A stretch of 63,815 nucleotides of DNA, filler included, from Octopus bimaculoides (lineage: Eukaryota), in NCBI RefSeq assembly GCF_001194135.2. It is 3 parts of 3 records of this genome, joined end to end, with 100 filler letters (N's around TTAATTAATTAA, not from the genome) between each part and the next. Parts side by side here need not be neighbours in the genome. Positions count along the whole stretch, not along the records: positions 1 to 31,737 come from NC_068991.1; 2 more parts are not named here. One strand, written 5' to 3'. Of this stretch, positions 13,599 through 26,914 are shown piece after piece. Made by a program: the position numbers and the translations under genes. The notes under the pieces are model-generated. The model did not search any database. It saw only the letters and a list, made by a program, of their open reading frames with translations, and had not been told where the DNA came from. The stretch's first letter is position 1. Each line of letters starts with the position of its first letter.

Positions 13599-14634
13599 AG
13601 AGTCATCTTTAATTATTCCATTAGACTGAACTTATACTTGAATACCATCAAAAAATTTTTTTTAGTCAATGACATTTTTCTCCATAAACTTTTGAATCAC
13701 TCAAACTAAACCCCATTACTTAACGATTTTAATTTTTGCTTTCTTTTTGGCTTCAACAAGAAAAGGCTATATCAGATGCTTCACAATCCTGTTTGACTGT
13801 TATAAATTCAAGTTATTTTGATTGGGAATATCTTGTCTTTCCAACTTCAGAAACTGATAAAATAAATTCCAACAAAATACTGTGATCAAATAAAAAAAAT
13901 AGAAAAATCATTAATATAATGGAATACTCCCCGATTTTATCTTAAACTGTCTAGCACATTAAAACCTTCAATTTACACTAAAGCCTTCTCTGATTAATCA
14001 GATCTGTTACCAGTCTTCAAATCAAACTGTAATTTGACATTGCTTCAATCATAATCAATCATGGCTATCAAATGTTTTTAAATACAAACTGAACTAAAAT
14101 TTCATGTTTCTTCAAATCAATTCTGCATTTCATTCACTGGGTATTTAGCCAACATAAGTAGAAGTCCTTCAGTAATTTATCGTCATTGTTTAACATCTGT
14201 TTTCCATGCTGGCATGAGTTGGATGAGTTGGATAGTGAGCCAGTGTACTGCACTGAGCTCCAAAGTTTGATTTAGCATGTTTCTTACAGCTGGATGCTCT
14301 TCCTAATTTACCTACTTTACAGAGTATACTGGGTGCTTTATTCATGACACTGGTACTAGTGAGGTCACCAAGTACTGGCAAGACAAGACCCCTCAACTGA
14401 GTGGGGTATAATAGTGAAGGAGGTGAAAGTATGCTGGAGGGACAGGAACAGGTGTCATGTTGAAGAGGAGATACATGGCTTCCTCAAATGATCTGGCAAG
14501 AAAAAGTAGCTATGATCTGGCAAGAAAAAGTAGCTATGATCTTACTTCGTAGTACTATTTAGTTAGTGTCTACTAAAATATTTCTACTACTATTAAACTT
14601 TGGAGGTGAAAAAACACAAGATCAGTGATATCTT

Positions 14635-15002
14635 TTACTGGTTTCAGTCATTAGACTGCAGCCATGCTGGGGCACTGCCTTGAATTTTTAGTCGAATGAA
14701 TCGACCCCAGTATTTATTTGATAAGAAAGGTACTTATTTTATCAGTCTCTTTTGCTGAACCACTAAGTTACAGAGACATAAACACACCAACATCAGTTGT
14801 CAAGTGGGGGAGGGACAACAACTCACACACACACACACACACACACACGAAGGGCTACTTTCAGTTTCCACCGACCAAATCCACTCACAAGGCTTGGGTT
14901 GGTCCGGGGCTATACTAGAAGATACTTGCCCAGTATGCCACGGAGTGGGACAGAACCCAGGACCATGTGGTTGGGAAGCAAGCTTCTTACCACACAGCCA
15001 CA
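14635..15002 (-). mobile_element. composite SINE family B (CORE-like) with internal (TG)n
   Basis: minus-strand head ggctgtgtggtaagaagcttgcttcccaaccacatgg; CORE-like ctgggcaagtatcttct; internal microsatellite; 3' module gtaacttagtggttcagcaaaagagac. Confidence 0.8.
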
Positions 15003-17298
15003 ACTGATTATTTTACAAAATTATATTATAGACGTGAAAACTAAGTAACACTTGTTCAAAATACTCTTTTTCTTTTAATAGGATCTGAAAGATTTCTCTT
15101 TTGGTTTCTGTCCTTAAAAGGTAAGTCATCAAGATATTAAACTGCACTAAACTATATAAATAAAAATAAAGCAAACTACCCAATGTCTGAAAGAATCTAA
15201 AAAGTGCATAGTTTTCTTAATACATAACGCATGAAGACAGTGTCTTCACAACAGCTAATTTGGGGCTGAATTATTTCCAAAGAACATTTTGAAGAGTGTA
15301 CCAATAAGATTACAATTGGTCCATCTGTAAAGTCTGTGGAAGAAAAAGATCATTTAATAATAACAAACATAATTCAAGATGCCAAAAGTAAGAAAAAGAA
15401 TTAATAAAAAAAAAAGACATTCGATATGATAAAAACTGCATGATGTGTAACATTGTTTACCTCTGGGATAAAACCAAATTCTGGGTTATATAACAAGGAA
15501 AATGAGAAAGAGGAAAAGTTACTGGTTAATAATATTGATAATGTAACAATAATATAATTATAATATAATTATGAAAATATAATAGTAATAATAATAATCC
15601 TTTCTATTATAGGCACAAGGCCAGAAATTTGGGAGGAGGGGGTTAGTCGATTACATTGACCCCCAGTGCTTGACCCAAAAGGCTGAAATTAGTAAAGGAA
15701 TATATATTTAATTTTTCCACACTGGCCCTGTATCTATCATTTATTCACTCACTAGGGATTTCTTAAACAATAACACATCTAAATGAATTCAAGCTTCACG
15801 AAAGGATTAAGTCACCTTTACTTATTGTTTAGCACCCAAATCAATCCTGATTGAACAGAGCTATGATTGAAAGCATTCTGGCCATGCCCTTCCTCTCTGT
15901 TTTCTATCCAGAGTTTATTTTGCTTTTGCTTCGTTTGTTTTTTTACAATAAGGTGTGATTCATGGGAATTTGGCAACTATTTCTAATAGATTGTGCAACA
16001 CCAGACAGTAGCTCTCTTATTGGATCGTAGTCATTACAACACTTGATGAATATAATATTTATTTTATAAATATGTCTGGACTGGATGGCAAAGTTGATTT
16101 GGGTGACAAAATTTGAATGTCAGAAATAAAGATGCAAAACCTGTAATAGGCTTTCAATTGTAGTGTGTTACCAAAAAGCTTATCAGATGTATGTGTATGT
16201 GTGTGTCCAGTTGTATGGTTATTTTGTGGAGGTGGGGTGCAAAGCAATGCACCTGGTATGTGCCATAGCATAACTGAGTTCATAAACAAATGCAAGGTCT
16301 GTAGACTTAGCTTTGATTTCTAAACTACAAGCTACTTACTGTTTAAACTGATTTCAGAAATACATTCTCAAACATGGATACACAACAGAATGTTATGAAA
16401 GAAAAAAAGTTTTTAAATAAAAGTTTTTTAAAAGTTTGGGTTAGTAACAAGAAATTTCGTAATACATATTCAAAGAATATTTCTTATAGACTCTTGCATT
16501 ATTTCCCATATGAATATCTCATTTTTTGCATATGGTATTCATAGAGACACATGCAACATAGCACTGTTGTAGTGTTCAGTCCACCCTGTCTTGTGACCCA
16601 CAGCATGCTATTGGTTAGTAGAAAAGTTGCACTAAACAAAGCTGGTATAAATACCAAACACTACAAAATTGAAACTTCAAACTTGGTTATCAAAGGAAAA
16701 TAGAAAAAGAAAAGGGAGAGATTATACATGAATCATGATTGGTGGTAGCCAGGAGTTTGAGGTAATTAAAAGGGATATAAAATTAGGAAGGTGGGGTGTG
16801 ATGCAAGAGAATTATCAATGGTTAGTAGCAAAACTGGGGTAAACAGACATGGATCAGAAGAGATGGAATTAAGTAGTAAAAAGTTATATTAGAGAAAACT
16901 AATTCGAGTTTACTTTTTTCCAGCACTTTACTGGTTCACACCTACTTTTCCTTAATATGAACAGGATGGTTTTTTTTTTTAATCAAATGTTGGAGGTAAC
17001 ATTTTCATTGATTGGTAACTGCTCCACCACTAACCAATCAATAATGAAATAAGCACAAATAAATTTATTGGATTATTCAGTTCATTATTCAAACAGCAAA
17101 CAAACAAAAACAAATGAATGAGAATGAAAATAAGGATAATGTGTAAGTAACTTTCACATGTTTAATGAGAGCTGTCAGCATTTGCCATTGGACCAGGCAA
17201 AATGCCTTGACATTGAACCCACACAATAAACTTGATATGCATGCATACAACAGCCACAACAAAACTAGACATCTTTTCAATAGCACGTACAAACTCAC

Positions 17299-17314
17299 CT
17301 ATAATCAGAAACCC
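17299..17314 (-). other. candidate 16-nt microexon or AG|GT recursive splice point in RALGAPA intron
   Basis: about 60-nt AG-free pyrimidine-rich stretch, then cctaag|GGGTTTCTGATTATAG|gtgagt; TGCATG on the transcript strand at 17240-17245. Confidence 0.35.
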
Positions 17315-18939
17315 CTTAGGTATTATAATGGGTAACAGGTGAAATGAGTGATGAAAGATGAGAAAAATAGGTTGAGACTTCCTTCATTAGAATTTTTTTT
17401 TAAATAAAGAGTAAATGTTTAAAATTATTAAAATATTTTAAAAGAGAATTAAGGAATCTAGCCAGCAAGAAAAGCATTTATTTAATACATAAAATATAGC
17501 AAAGAGTTTTATCAACCTGCCTGAGGCTTGCTTTTATGGTACAAAACATTTTATTTCAAACAGTTTATATTTAAATCAAAGATTTCCATCATAAAATTAT
17601 GTAAAATAAAAATGCTATTATTCCAACACTAACATAAAAATGGCAAAATTAGTTATTTTCTTGAATCACTCCAAATCCTTAATTAGCTGAACACGGTGGT
17701 GGGACGTTTCTTGAGAAATATAATCACAAAAGGGTTAAACTTAGAATTTTCTGCTTTGAGTGTCAAATGGAGTAGCTAAAATTCCAAACAGGCTTGATCA
17801 CCAATCAGGCTCGTCAGGTTACTCAGGCATTTGTTCACCTGTCTGGAGCTCCTCAGTTACTGTCTAATACTAGGATTGCCCTTCAGACCAACTGAAAAAG
17901 GCCTTAAGACAATAAAAATTCTTTTAAGATTAGATTATAGAAATTTGGTACTTCTACATGTCTGTTTTGTTGAAAGACCCAACCAATTATAGTTGAGCTA
18001 CAACATAGAGTGGTGAGCCTATAAACCCAAATACCACAGTAGATTTCAGGTATTTAATTTTAATTCTGGAGAAACAGAACATTTGAATTAACTTTTCAAC
18101 AATTGGAACAAATCTGGAAATGTTTATCTCCTGAAAATCTCAGATGAATGCAATATTACTAAAAAATATGTTATGGTTTCTGTTCAATCAAAGAAACAAC
18201 CAAGTATTTATAGCACAAGCTCAAGTGACAAAGTCAGCCAGAAGACACCTCAAACTTTCTTATATACAGCAAAGTATTTGCTCAGTTTTTATGGTGGGCT
18301 TTTTTTTTTTTCTCATCATGAAACAGACAAGATAGACAGAGCTAGAATGAGGACCATACAGAAAGAACAAACAGAACAATGACAACCAGATTGACAGGGC
18401 AAAGAGGACAGCCCGGTCAGCAAAACAAATAAGACAATAGCGTCATCAGAGCAAGGAAAATGACTTGATAGACAGCAATATATAATACTGATGACAAGCA
18501 ACCCATAACTTATTTCAAATAATAAAAGGGATAATTAGTTGAAATTTCTGATGACTGCATATACACTGTATACATATTTCTACAGCTATACATTTGCGCG
18601 CACACACACAAACACAGACACACACGCACACATGTACACTGGTGTGTGGTCCTTCTCTCATTAACAACTAATTAAAGTTAAATCCAAACCAAACGCACAC
18701 ACACATTCCCTCTCATTCCTCCAAAACATATATCCCATATATATATATATGCATCCTGTATTACTGAAGAGGACCATTCACATAAGAGGAGGAAGAGGAA
18801 GAACAGCAGCAACTGGTAATATTGTTTAGCCGAGCACAAGTCATGAGTCGATTACTACTAGAGAGTTAGTCACTAATTTTACAAGTTTAGCACGGTCCTC
18901 GGGTTTGGTTCACAGGACTGGCTACAATCACAGGTTTAC

Positions 18940-19026
18940 CTTCAGAAGTATTCGGAATGGGGTGGGTGGCTCTTTGAACTGGGGTTGTATTCAGATCATT
19001 CCACACACTGCAGGACATCATTGGGT
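18940..19026 (-). CDS. candidate RalGAP alpha cassette exon, phase 1-1, 87 nt
   Basis: ccatttcag|AC...GAA G|gtaaac; open in the required phase: (D)PMMSCSVWNDLNTTPVQRATHPIPNTSE; non-repetitive context; no homology recognised. Confidence 0.45.
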
Positions 19027-19664
19027 CTGAAATGGTGTATTACATACATGACATTTTTTCACAGGGCAGACAACACAAATAGGGTCAGATGTCAAATCAG
19101 ACAGAGGTGTGTGTCCCTCCAAAAGTGGCAAAAGAGAATGAAAAAATGAAAGATAGTCACAAACAACTGAGCAAAGGAAAATGTGTTACATGTGCATTTT
19201 TATGAGTGAGAAAGAGAGAGAGAGACAGAGAGAGAGACAGACAGAGAAGAGCAGGAGACAGAGAAGAGCAGGAGAAAGAGAAGAGTAGGAGACAGAGAAA
19301 GAGAGAAAGGGCACGAGACAGAAAGAAAAGAAAGAGAATCAGTTGAAAAAGGCTGAGGTATATCTAAATGTTCTGATTAACACCGTTAAGACTGATAGAA
19401 CACATGAGTGTCTGAAATTCACCATTACAGTAGAGGGGATAAAAAAAACAGCAATATTTATTTGAAAGGAAATAAGGAAATAACACACACAAAAGAAGAC
19501 AAAGCTGCAATGTGTCATGACATTCTGTAAGGGGAGAATCAAAACCCAAAATTTTCCCCTTCGTTCCTTAGTCCTAATTCACAATTTAAACTAATAACTA
19601 AAATTAACTTGATTAGAAATAAATAGGGGAAGAGAAAGAGGGAAAGGAGAGAAAAGGAGAAAAA

Positions 19665-19702
<38 letters not shown>

Positions 19703-20124
19703 TGAGTGAGTGAGTGNNNNNNNNNNNNNNNNNNNNNNNNNNNNNNNNNNNNNNNNNNNNNNNNNNNNNNNNNNNNNNNNNNNNNNNNNNNNNNNNNNNN
19801 NNNNNNNNNNNNNNNNNNNNNNNNNNNNNNNNNNNNNNNNNNNNNNNNNNNNNNNNNNNNNNNGTGAAATATGATTTGCCAACAGAGTGATAGCAGTAGC
19901 CATATTTATAGCAAGTGAATATTATCAAAGTAAATAAACAAACAAAAAACAAAATCAAAGAAAAAACAAAAGCATTAAAACTGTAAAGGGCCAAATGGAA
20001 GAAAAAAAATAAAGTTAAGACAAGTAAATAAAAGCAAAATTAAGGATACGTGAAAACAAAACAAAAGCAATTATATGAAACTTAAGCAAAATTTTAAAAT
20101 ATTAAATTACTATCCCTTGCAGTG

Positions 20125-20295
20125 GAGGCACCTGGCTTAGTGGTTAGGGTGTTGGACTCCTAATTGTGGTTACAATATGTGGGCAGGGCAATGTGCTGTG
20201 TTCTTAAGCAAAACACTTCCTTTCACATCACTCCAGTCCACCCAGCTGGTAAAAATGAGTAATCCTGCGAGAGACCAGCATCATATTCAAGGAAG
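20125..20295 (+). mobile_element. tRNA-derived SINE of another family
   Basis: A-box-like tggcttagtggttagggtgttggactc, then gtgttcttaagcaaaacacttc...ccagtccacccagctggtaaaaatgagt. Confidence 0.6.
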
Positions 20296-21297
20296 AATGT
20301 ACATACATCCACATATATACTGCCAATCACTTCAGCAATGTAACTACACACATGCTGTTGGCAATTTTTTTTCCTTCTTTGAACTTTGCCCTTTCTCCTT
20401 TGTAACGAAAAGCTATGCGCAAAATGTCAAACTCTCTCTTTTCATCAAACGTCAAGCTAATACATTTCTTGTGCAAAGTTTTTCATCCTAAAGATTATTG
20501 GTGCAAAAAATGCAAAAATAGAGAGAAGATTTCTTCTGCTATATTATTCCTAAGAAGGAAATCAGTTTTACATGTCGGCCCCAACAATAGTATCTTAAGT
20601 ATATTTGATAACTTCATTTAGTCATTGTTCTCTTTCAAATCAAAAATACAAAACAATGAAATGCTTGTTGACAAAGAGTTTGAAGTTAGAATCTTATTAA
20701 ATAACTACAACATATTCATTACAACTAATGGATTGTTAACAAGTAGAGTATTCATTCCATAGAAGAGCTTGTGAAATTAGAACCTACTAAATAATTAAAA
20801 CATATCCTATAACTAAGACCACAACATCAAAACAAAAGAAACCCTAACTATGACAAATATGGTAATTTATTGAATACAGTTTGTACCAACTCATGTATAA
20901 AAAGTTAATCTCTTAAAAATTCAAGTTAATTGTGATTAAGGTAGTTTTGTGTTAATGGAAACTATAACATTAAATAAAATCTTGCAACACAATAATTCGG
21001 TAATGAAAGCATTATTGTATTGCAAAGAAAGCTATAAACTCGAATGCTAATAGAATATGGAAACATAGATAGATGTCTGAAGTATTATGTGCACACTATG
21101 CAAGTTATCAATTTAATCTATCATTATTTATCAGTACTTAAAATGGATAATAGGTGAAGAGATTCATGATTTGATTTACTTTGGATTAGCTTTATATTAA
21201 ATTTAAAAAAAGGAAAACAAAAGAAAAAGGAAAACAAAAGAAAAAGGAAAACAAAAGAGAAAGAAATAGAAATAAAAGACAAAATTAAGAAATGTAC

Positions 21298-21418
21298 CTT
21301 GAATCTTGCCCCGTCGCTTTTTCTCTTTCTGTTCAGTAAGTCTGTCCAAAGGTAAGTCATGCATATCAAGGTTATAAACCTGGCGTGCAAGCACGCGTGT
21401 TAGTGTGTTGATAGTTTT
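21298..21418 (-). CDS. RALGAPA: RalGAP alpha exon, phase 0-1
   Basis: aatag|AAA...CAA G|gtacat; 121 nt; [40 protein letters not shown], cf. human [30 protein letters not shown]. Confidence 0.93.
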
Positions 21419-21794
21419 CTATTAAGGAAAACAGAATGAAACAAATACAATTACATAATATACACATAATGATAATAATACAAGTTTGGCTGAAATACAA
21501 ACAACTATCACAGATTACTTTCTTTCCTTACACTTGCCACCCTATAGACTATTGTTTTCATATACTTAATTCCTTAAATCACAGGCATCTCATAATCCAA
21601 AAGAAAGCCATCTAAATGTATAGTAAAATTCGCTTTCTGAAAACCTTCAGCTATCTCCGTCATGCTATATCCTCTACCATTTTTGTTAAAACTGCAAGTA
21701 CATTTATCTCTTCTTTACAACTGACCAGTTACCCATAATCCTCATTAATCTAAACATACATGCAGCTTCTGATCCTAAACTACATTAAACAATA

Positions 21795-22692
21795 TGAGGT
21801 GGTACCAAAAGGTTCCCAGACTTGTTATATTTAATTAAAAAAATAACTTATTTACATCATCTCTTTCAAAATAGTCACCTTGTGCAGCACTACACCAGTC
21901 TCAGCATTCCTGCCACTTTTGGAATCCAGCCTTGAAGTTGTTTTCCATAAATGAGTTGAGGACCTTCTGCGATTTGCTCTGGATCTCAATAACAATGTTA
22001 AAACAGTGACCTTTGAGCTGCATTTTCATCTTGGGGAAGAAATGAAAGTCTGCAGGTGCTAAATCTGGCAAATAGGGAAGGTGTGGAAGTGGTACCAGGT
22101 TATTTTTGGCAACAAACTCAAAAGTGAGGAGAGTTCAGTGACAGGGTACATTGTTGTTGTGAAGAATCCAATTTTTCACACTCCCCAGATCCGGTCACTT
22201 TCACAGAATGCCATCCCTCAAATGCTTCAAAACATCACTGGATTGTCCTCCAAAAATCCTCATGCACAAGCTGATGAATTTTCTCCACATTTCCAGAGGT
22301 GATGCTTGTGGCAGGTCTTCCAGATCACTCATTGTCTTCTAAAGACATTCTTCCACTTTCAAAGCACCTGTGCCACTAAAAACATTGCATACAACTCATT
22401 GCTTCATCACCATAAGCTTGCCAAAGCATGCTCAATGTCTCTATAACAGACTTCCAAAATTTAAAGCAAAATTTCACATTGGCTCTATGTTCCTGTCCAT
22501 GACAAAATTGCAGACTACAGCATACACGTGATCACAAAAGCACAAATTTCGCAACTTGCAAAGTAAACACAGTAATACCACTTGGCACACTGCTTCATGA
22601 AGATCACTGCTAGCTCTCACTGCACACACAACCAGGAGCTACCATCTGTTGGCGTGCTACAGAACTAGTCCAGAAACTTTTTGATACCTCAC
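21795..22692 (-). mobile_element. internally deleted mariner element
   Basis: minus-strand PYLPDLAPADFHFFPKMKMQLKG (cf. PYSPDLAP motif); imperfect TIRs tgaggtggtaccaaaaggttcccagact and agtccagaaactttttgatacctca. Confidence 0.8.
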
Positions 22693-23069
22693 GAGCATTA
22701 CCACTCACAGGGTTAAATGATTCGACATTTGTCATCTTCATGAAAAAGATATAAACATTCCAACCTCCCTGTTTTTTTTTGTTTTTTAATCAGTGAAGAC
22801 ATTGCCCATGCCTTGTTACAGGAACTCCAAAACTGGTAGGAAAAAGTAGTTATCCTCAAATGCATGGATTGGATGGAATTTACTGAGGTGAATTTTCTAT
22901 GGCTGGATGCCTTTCCAGTCACCAACATTCACCTGTTTCCAAGTAAGGGGATATTTTCCTCCATGACCAGTAATGTTTTCACAGAAGACTGGAAACAAGA
23001 CAGTGACACTCACAACTATCACATGTCATGTCAAGGAGACTGTCACAACATACACGTGTATATATGATG

Positions 23070-23225
23070 GGCTTCTTTCAGTTTCCATCTACTAAATCCA
23101 TTCATAGGTCTTTGGTTGGTTGGGACTTTCGTAGAAGACACTTGCCCAAGGTGCCATGCAATGGAACTGAACCCAAAATGTGATTGGGAAGCAAATTCTT
23201 ACCACAAAGCCATTCCTGAACCTCA
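23070..23225 (-). mobile_element. SINE family B, 5' module
   Basis: atggcaccttgggcaagtgtcttctacgaaag on the minus strand. Confidence 0.75.
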
Positions 23226-23322
23226 TATGTAGAAAACAAAAAAAAGAAAGAAACATGATGCAGCCCCCTAATCTCTAAGAACAGAGTTTATTTAGATTTC
23301 AATAAATAAACTGATGACTTAC

Positions 23323-23445
23323 CGACCATTCTTTGATGAGTTCATCCCAAGATGTCAGAGATGACAATACGTCGAGCAACTGGTGCCACAAGTCAGCTGA
23401 TATATATACACTTAAATTTGCTTTGATCCATGTGACAATCAGTGT
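23323..23445 (-). CDS. RALGAPA: RalGAP alpha exon, phase 0-0
   Basis: tttag|ACA...TCG|gtaagt; 123 nt; [41 protein letters not shown], cf. human [31 protein letters not shown]. Confidence 0.95.
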
Positions 23446-24197
23446 CTAAAGACAGATAGAAAAAAAATGTAAAGAAAAGAATGTGAAGAAAAAAATCACT
23501 ATAAAAGATAGTTATTTTAATTTGTTAATTTAATAAATACCACCAAATAACCTGAGACTTGAAAGTTAATGAAATTCAGTAATATCTCCAATTAGTAGTT
23601 TTACAATGAAGATCTAGAGACATAGGTAGGTTAAAGTCAGTGTACACTGAATCACCCTTAACGTTTCATCTCCAATTTAACAAGCAGTCAAACAACCAAG
23701 GAATTTCTAACTGTGATACAACACAACCCAACAGGCTGTAGCTCAATGGAAGATCACAACATTCCCAATGAGACACAAAACTACAAACTATGAATCAATC
23801 TGAGAGATGCCAACTCATTTCTGTTGAGACCCAAAAGGATCAACACACTATAATGACAAATCACATTATTGGTGGTAAGAGTCAATGCTACATTTTACAG
23901 GTTAACTCCAGAGATGATAGACAACACTTGGACAAAAAATTTCCAAGCTTTTAATCAAGAGGCTTTACCATAGATCTTGCAGTGGTTATGTCTCTCCGCC
24001 CCACTGAAAGAATACAACTTGTATCTAGCAATACAGTAATCAAAACATCCAGGCATATATTGAAAGAGAGTTTTCACAACAAAGACATCTACTTGAAAGG
24101 TACACAGTTTAATTATTATTAGATGGTCATGTCCATCAGGAGTTTAGATCTTAAGAATTCAGTGATTTACAATTTAAAATATTGATATTTAACTTAC

Positions 24198-24309
24198 TTG
24201 AAAGATTGGCTGAACAAGTTTTCCTCCCAAAGTTCGGAACCGATCTGTGGGTGGGCTCTTCTTCAAAACACCAGAGGTAACACATAATAATACCAATAAG
24301 GTCTGCTCC
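24198..24309 (-). CDS. RALGAPA: RalGAP alpha exon, phase 2-0
   Basis: tttcaag|G...CAA|gtaagt; 112 nt; EQTLLVLLCVTSGVLKKSPPTDRFRTLGGKLVQPIFQ, cf. human EQMLLVLLRVT...TLAGRLAGPLFQ. Confidence 0.93.
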
Positions 24310-24886
24310 CTTGAAAGATGAGAATAAAATAATTGATTTTAAAATGTTTATTACTTAAATGTGAACTTCCAATGAAAATATTTGATACAAGAGTTACAGG
24401 TAGTATGGGAACAAAATATTTAGGTTAAACTAATACAGAAATGTAATTAATAGAGTATAGGTAACATGGAGTAGTGTGGAATATAACATAGGAATAAAGA
24501 AAAGCCATAATTTTATATAAAACCATTGCTTGAGAATGATAAACAACAGGAAAACTGAGCAGGAAGAATGGAGATATGATACTAGATGTGTTGACCAGTG
24601 TGATATCTATACAAAGATAGACTCAAACAACACAAGCATATGACACTACATGTGATATTAGACAAGAATGACATGAAGATGTGACAACAGAGTAAAAGAA
24701 AGCAGAAATGAGAAGCTGTGATTTCAGAGCTGAGATACATGATGGAGAGAGGTGTCAAAAATTGGTGATGAGAACAATGTTGACAATGATGCAGATGATC
24801 TTTTGAAAAATATTAACATAAAAGTCAAAGTAGTGAGTTACTGATGAAAAAAAAAAAAAAAATGATGAGGAGGATAATTATTTTAT

Positions 24887-25102
24887 ATTGGTCTCAAATT
24901 TTGGCACAAGACTAACAATTTTGGGGAAGGAGTAAGTCAATTACATTGCCCCCAGTGCTCAACTGGTACATATTTTATTGACCCCTGAAAGGATGAAAGG
25001 CAGAGCCAGCCTCAGCAGATTTTGAACTCGAAACATAAAGGCGGACGAAACGCTGATAATCATTTTGCCCGGCAAACAAACAATTCTGCCAGCTCACTGC
25101 CT
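24887..25102 (-). mobile_element. SINE family A copy
   Basis: same consensus, with ggcagtgagctggcagaa head on the minus strand. Confidence 0.8.
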
Positions 25103-25174
25103 TATAATTATTTTATATTGACATTAATTTATACATGTTTAGGAAAGTAAAATCTAGGAGTTGCCTCAATCATG

Positions 25175-25227
<53 letters not shown>

Positions 25228-25337
25228 AAAAGACAGAAAAAATAAAAGTCAAGCAGCCTGAAGAGCAATACCAGAACATAACTTTTAGGTTTGAACTTTG
25301 AGTAGATGGTAAAAATCAGTCAATCAATGATACTTAC

Positions 25338-25411
25338 CAAGTTTTAGGTGCAAGCTGTATATTCAAAATAATGTGTCTGTAGATGTTCAAGACACGCTTA
25401 CATAAATCAAC
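25338..25411 (-). CDS. RALGAPA: RalGAP alpha exon, phase 0-2
   Basis: tag|GTT...TG|gtaagt; 74 nt; VDLCKRVLNIYRHIILNIQLAPKT(W), cf. human [24 protein letters not shown]. Confidence 0.93.
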
Positions 25412-25991
25412 CTACAATATGAAAAGCAGACAGTGAAAGGTAGCATTTGCACATAAAGTGCATTTAAACTTAAGGAAAGGTAATTATGAGAGAGAGAGAG
25501 AGAGAGAGAGAATCAAAATTTAAGCAATTGCCACGTAAAAGAGTAAACATATATTCTAAGAAAATAAAGTGTGTGCTTATGTATGTGTAGGTATGTATAA
25601 TGGGTGGGGTATTCATAGCTAATATGGAAAGGCTTTAACGTCAAACTTAGCTAATGTATCATTTTTAATTATGGTAGTGAGGGACAGTTTTGTATTTTAC
25701 TAATCTGAGAGATCAACTATTGTTCTGCCATTCAAAAAAAAGTATCAAGATCAAATTTTCAAGCAATTTTTTAATAAGTCAAAGCAAAACAAAAAATTAA
25801 ATCAAATAAACAGTTTAATAGTTATATGAAATATTTTTCCATTCAAATATAACAAAATTACTTCCTTAAAAAATTATTAAGATTACAGGTTAAATTTTTA
25901 ATTTAATAATTTGGAACAAAATTTATGTGTATCACACAAAGTGATTTCCTGGCACACACTATTTTCCATCATACATCAATGAGTTACTAAC

Positions 25992-26225
25992 CTGTTCGAG
26001 AAGCAAACTCCCATCATCTTCAGCTTCTAACAAGAAAATATTTGCTGCATTAGTGATGAAAACTTGTAATACTTTCTGTAATCCAGCCCTAACATCATAG
26101 TTTTGCTGCTCTCCTCGGTCTGCTAGCTCTTGAATTGCTCCTAAGTATGATGCATTTCTCAAGTGGGACTTGTCAGGAAGATCGTTGACCAAAGGTAAAC
26201 GAGAATTCGAAGATGCAGGAGATTC
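25992..26225 (-). CDS. RALGAPA: RalGAP alpha subunit, internal exon (most 5' exon present), phase 0-0
   Basis: cccccag|GAA...CAG|gttagt; 234 nt; ESPASSNSRLPLVNDLPDKSHLRNASYLGAIQELADRGEQQNYDVRAGLQKVLQVFITNAANIFLLEAEDDGSLLLEQ. The RAGxQxVLQVFIxNxxNIFLLE motif matches vertebrate RALGAPA1/2 as recalled. Confidence 0.93.
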
Positions 26226-26914
26226 CTGGGGGTTGGATATGGAAGAAGAGAATGCGCAAAAAAAAAAGAAAGAAAGAAAGAAAATCTATATAGTTAGCAG
26301 CACAAAAATACATTCATAATAAACAAATAAAGAAAACTAGTTACAACTATTATTATCTCACAAATGAATTATGAGAACAAACTATATTTGTCAGCATATA
26401 AACTATGGTTGTCTACTTCAAAATAATATTCCACAATATCCACTGTAGTATGCACAGTAATTTACAATAAATATACCATATTTGCCAGCATATATGATGT
26501 GCTTTTCCTATTTTTAACTATATCAAAACATTGCCCTTGCATTTAAAGTGGTCATGCTACAGATGAGAGACTAAGTGCCATAGATCAGGGAGTTGTATGG
26601 GCATAAGTCCACTAGATACACTAGTTCTTACTTAGTAATTAAATATTGAAAACATGCCAAATTATCAGTTTGTTAGCACAAACATGAAAAATTGCTTACA
26701 ATATGTCAGCAATTGTGTAGAAAGGCCACATCATCTTATTATACCTCCTTCCCCAGCATACATAACCTACACCTGATATGTGTCATTTTATTTAATGACT
26801 GGGTTTTTTTTAATTATCTAAATGAAAAATTCTGTTTGAAAGATGAAAGGAACATAAACAAATTTTCTTCCACCTGTCACCTGTTTGCAATGAGTGGGTC
26901 TTTTATCTTTTATT

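Noticed and set aside
15082-15120. Plus-strand 39-nt unit with tag| and |gtaagt
   Set aside because: Isolated, with no partner plus-strand exons; likely chance.
25177-25226. T50 tract (A50 on the RALGAPA transcript) as a polyadenylation site
   Set aside because: Genomic homopolymer, more likely to cause internal oligo-dT priming than to mark a true 3' end.
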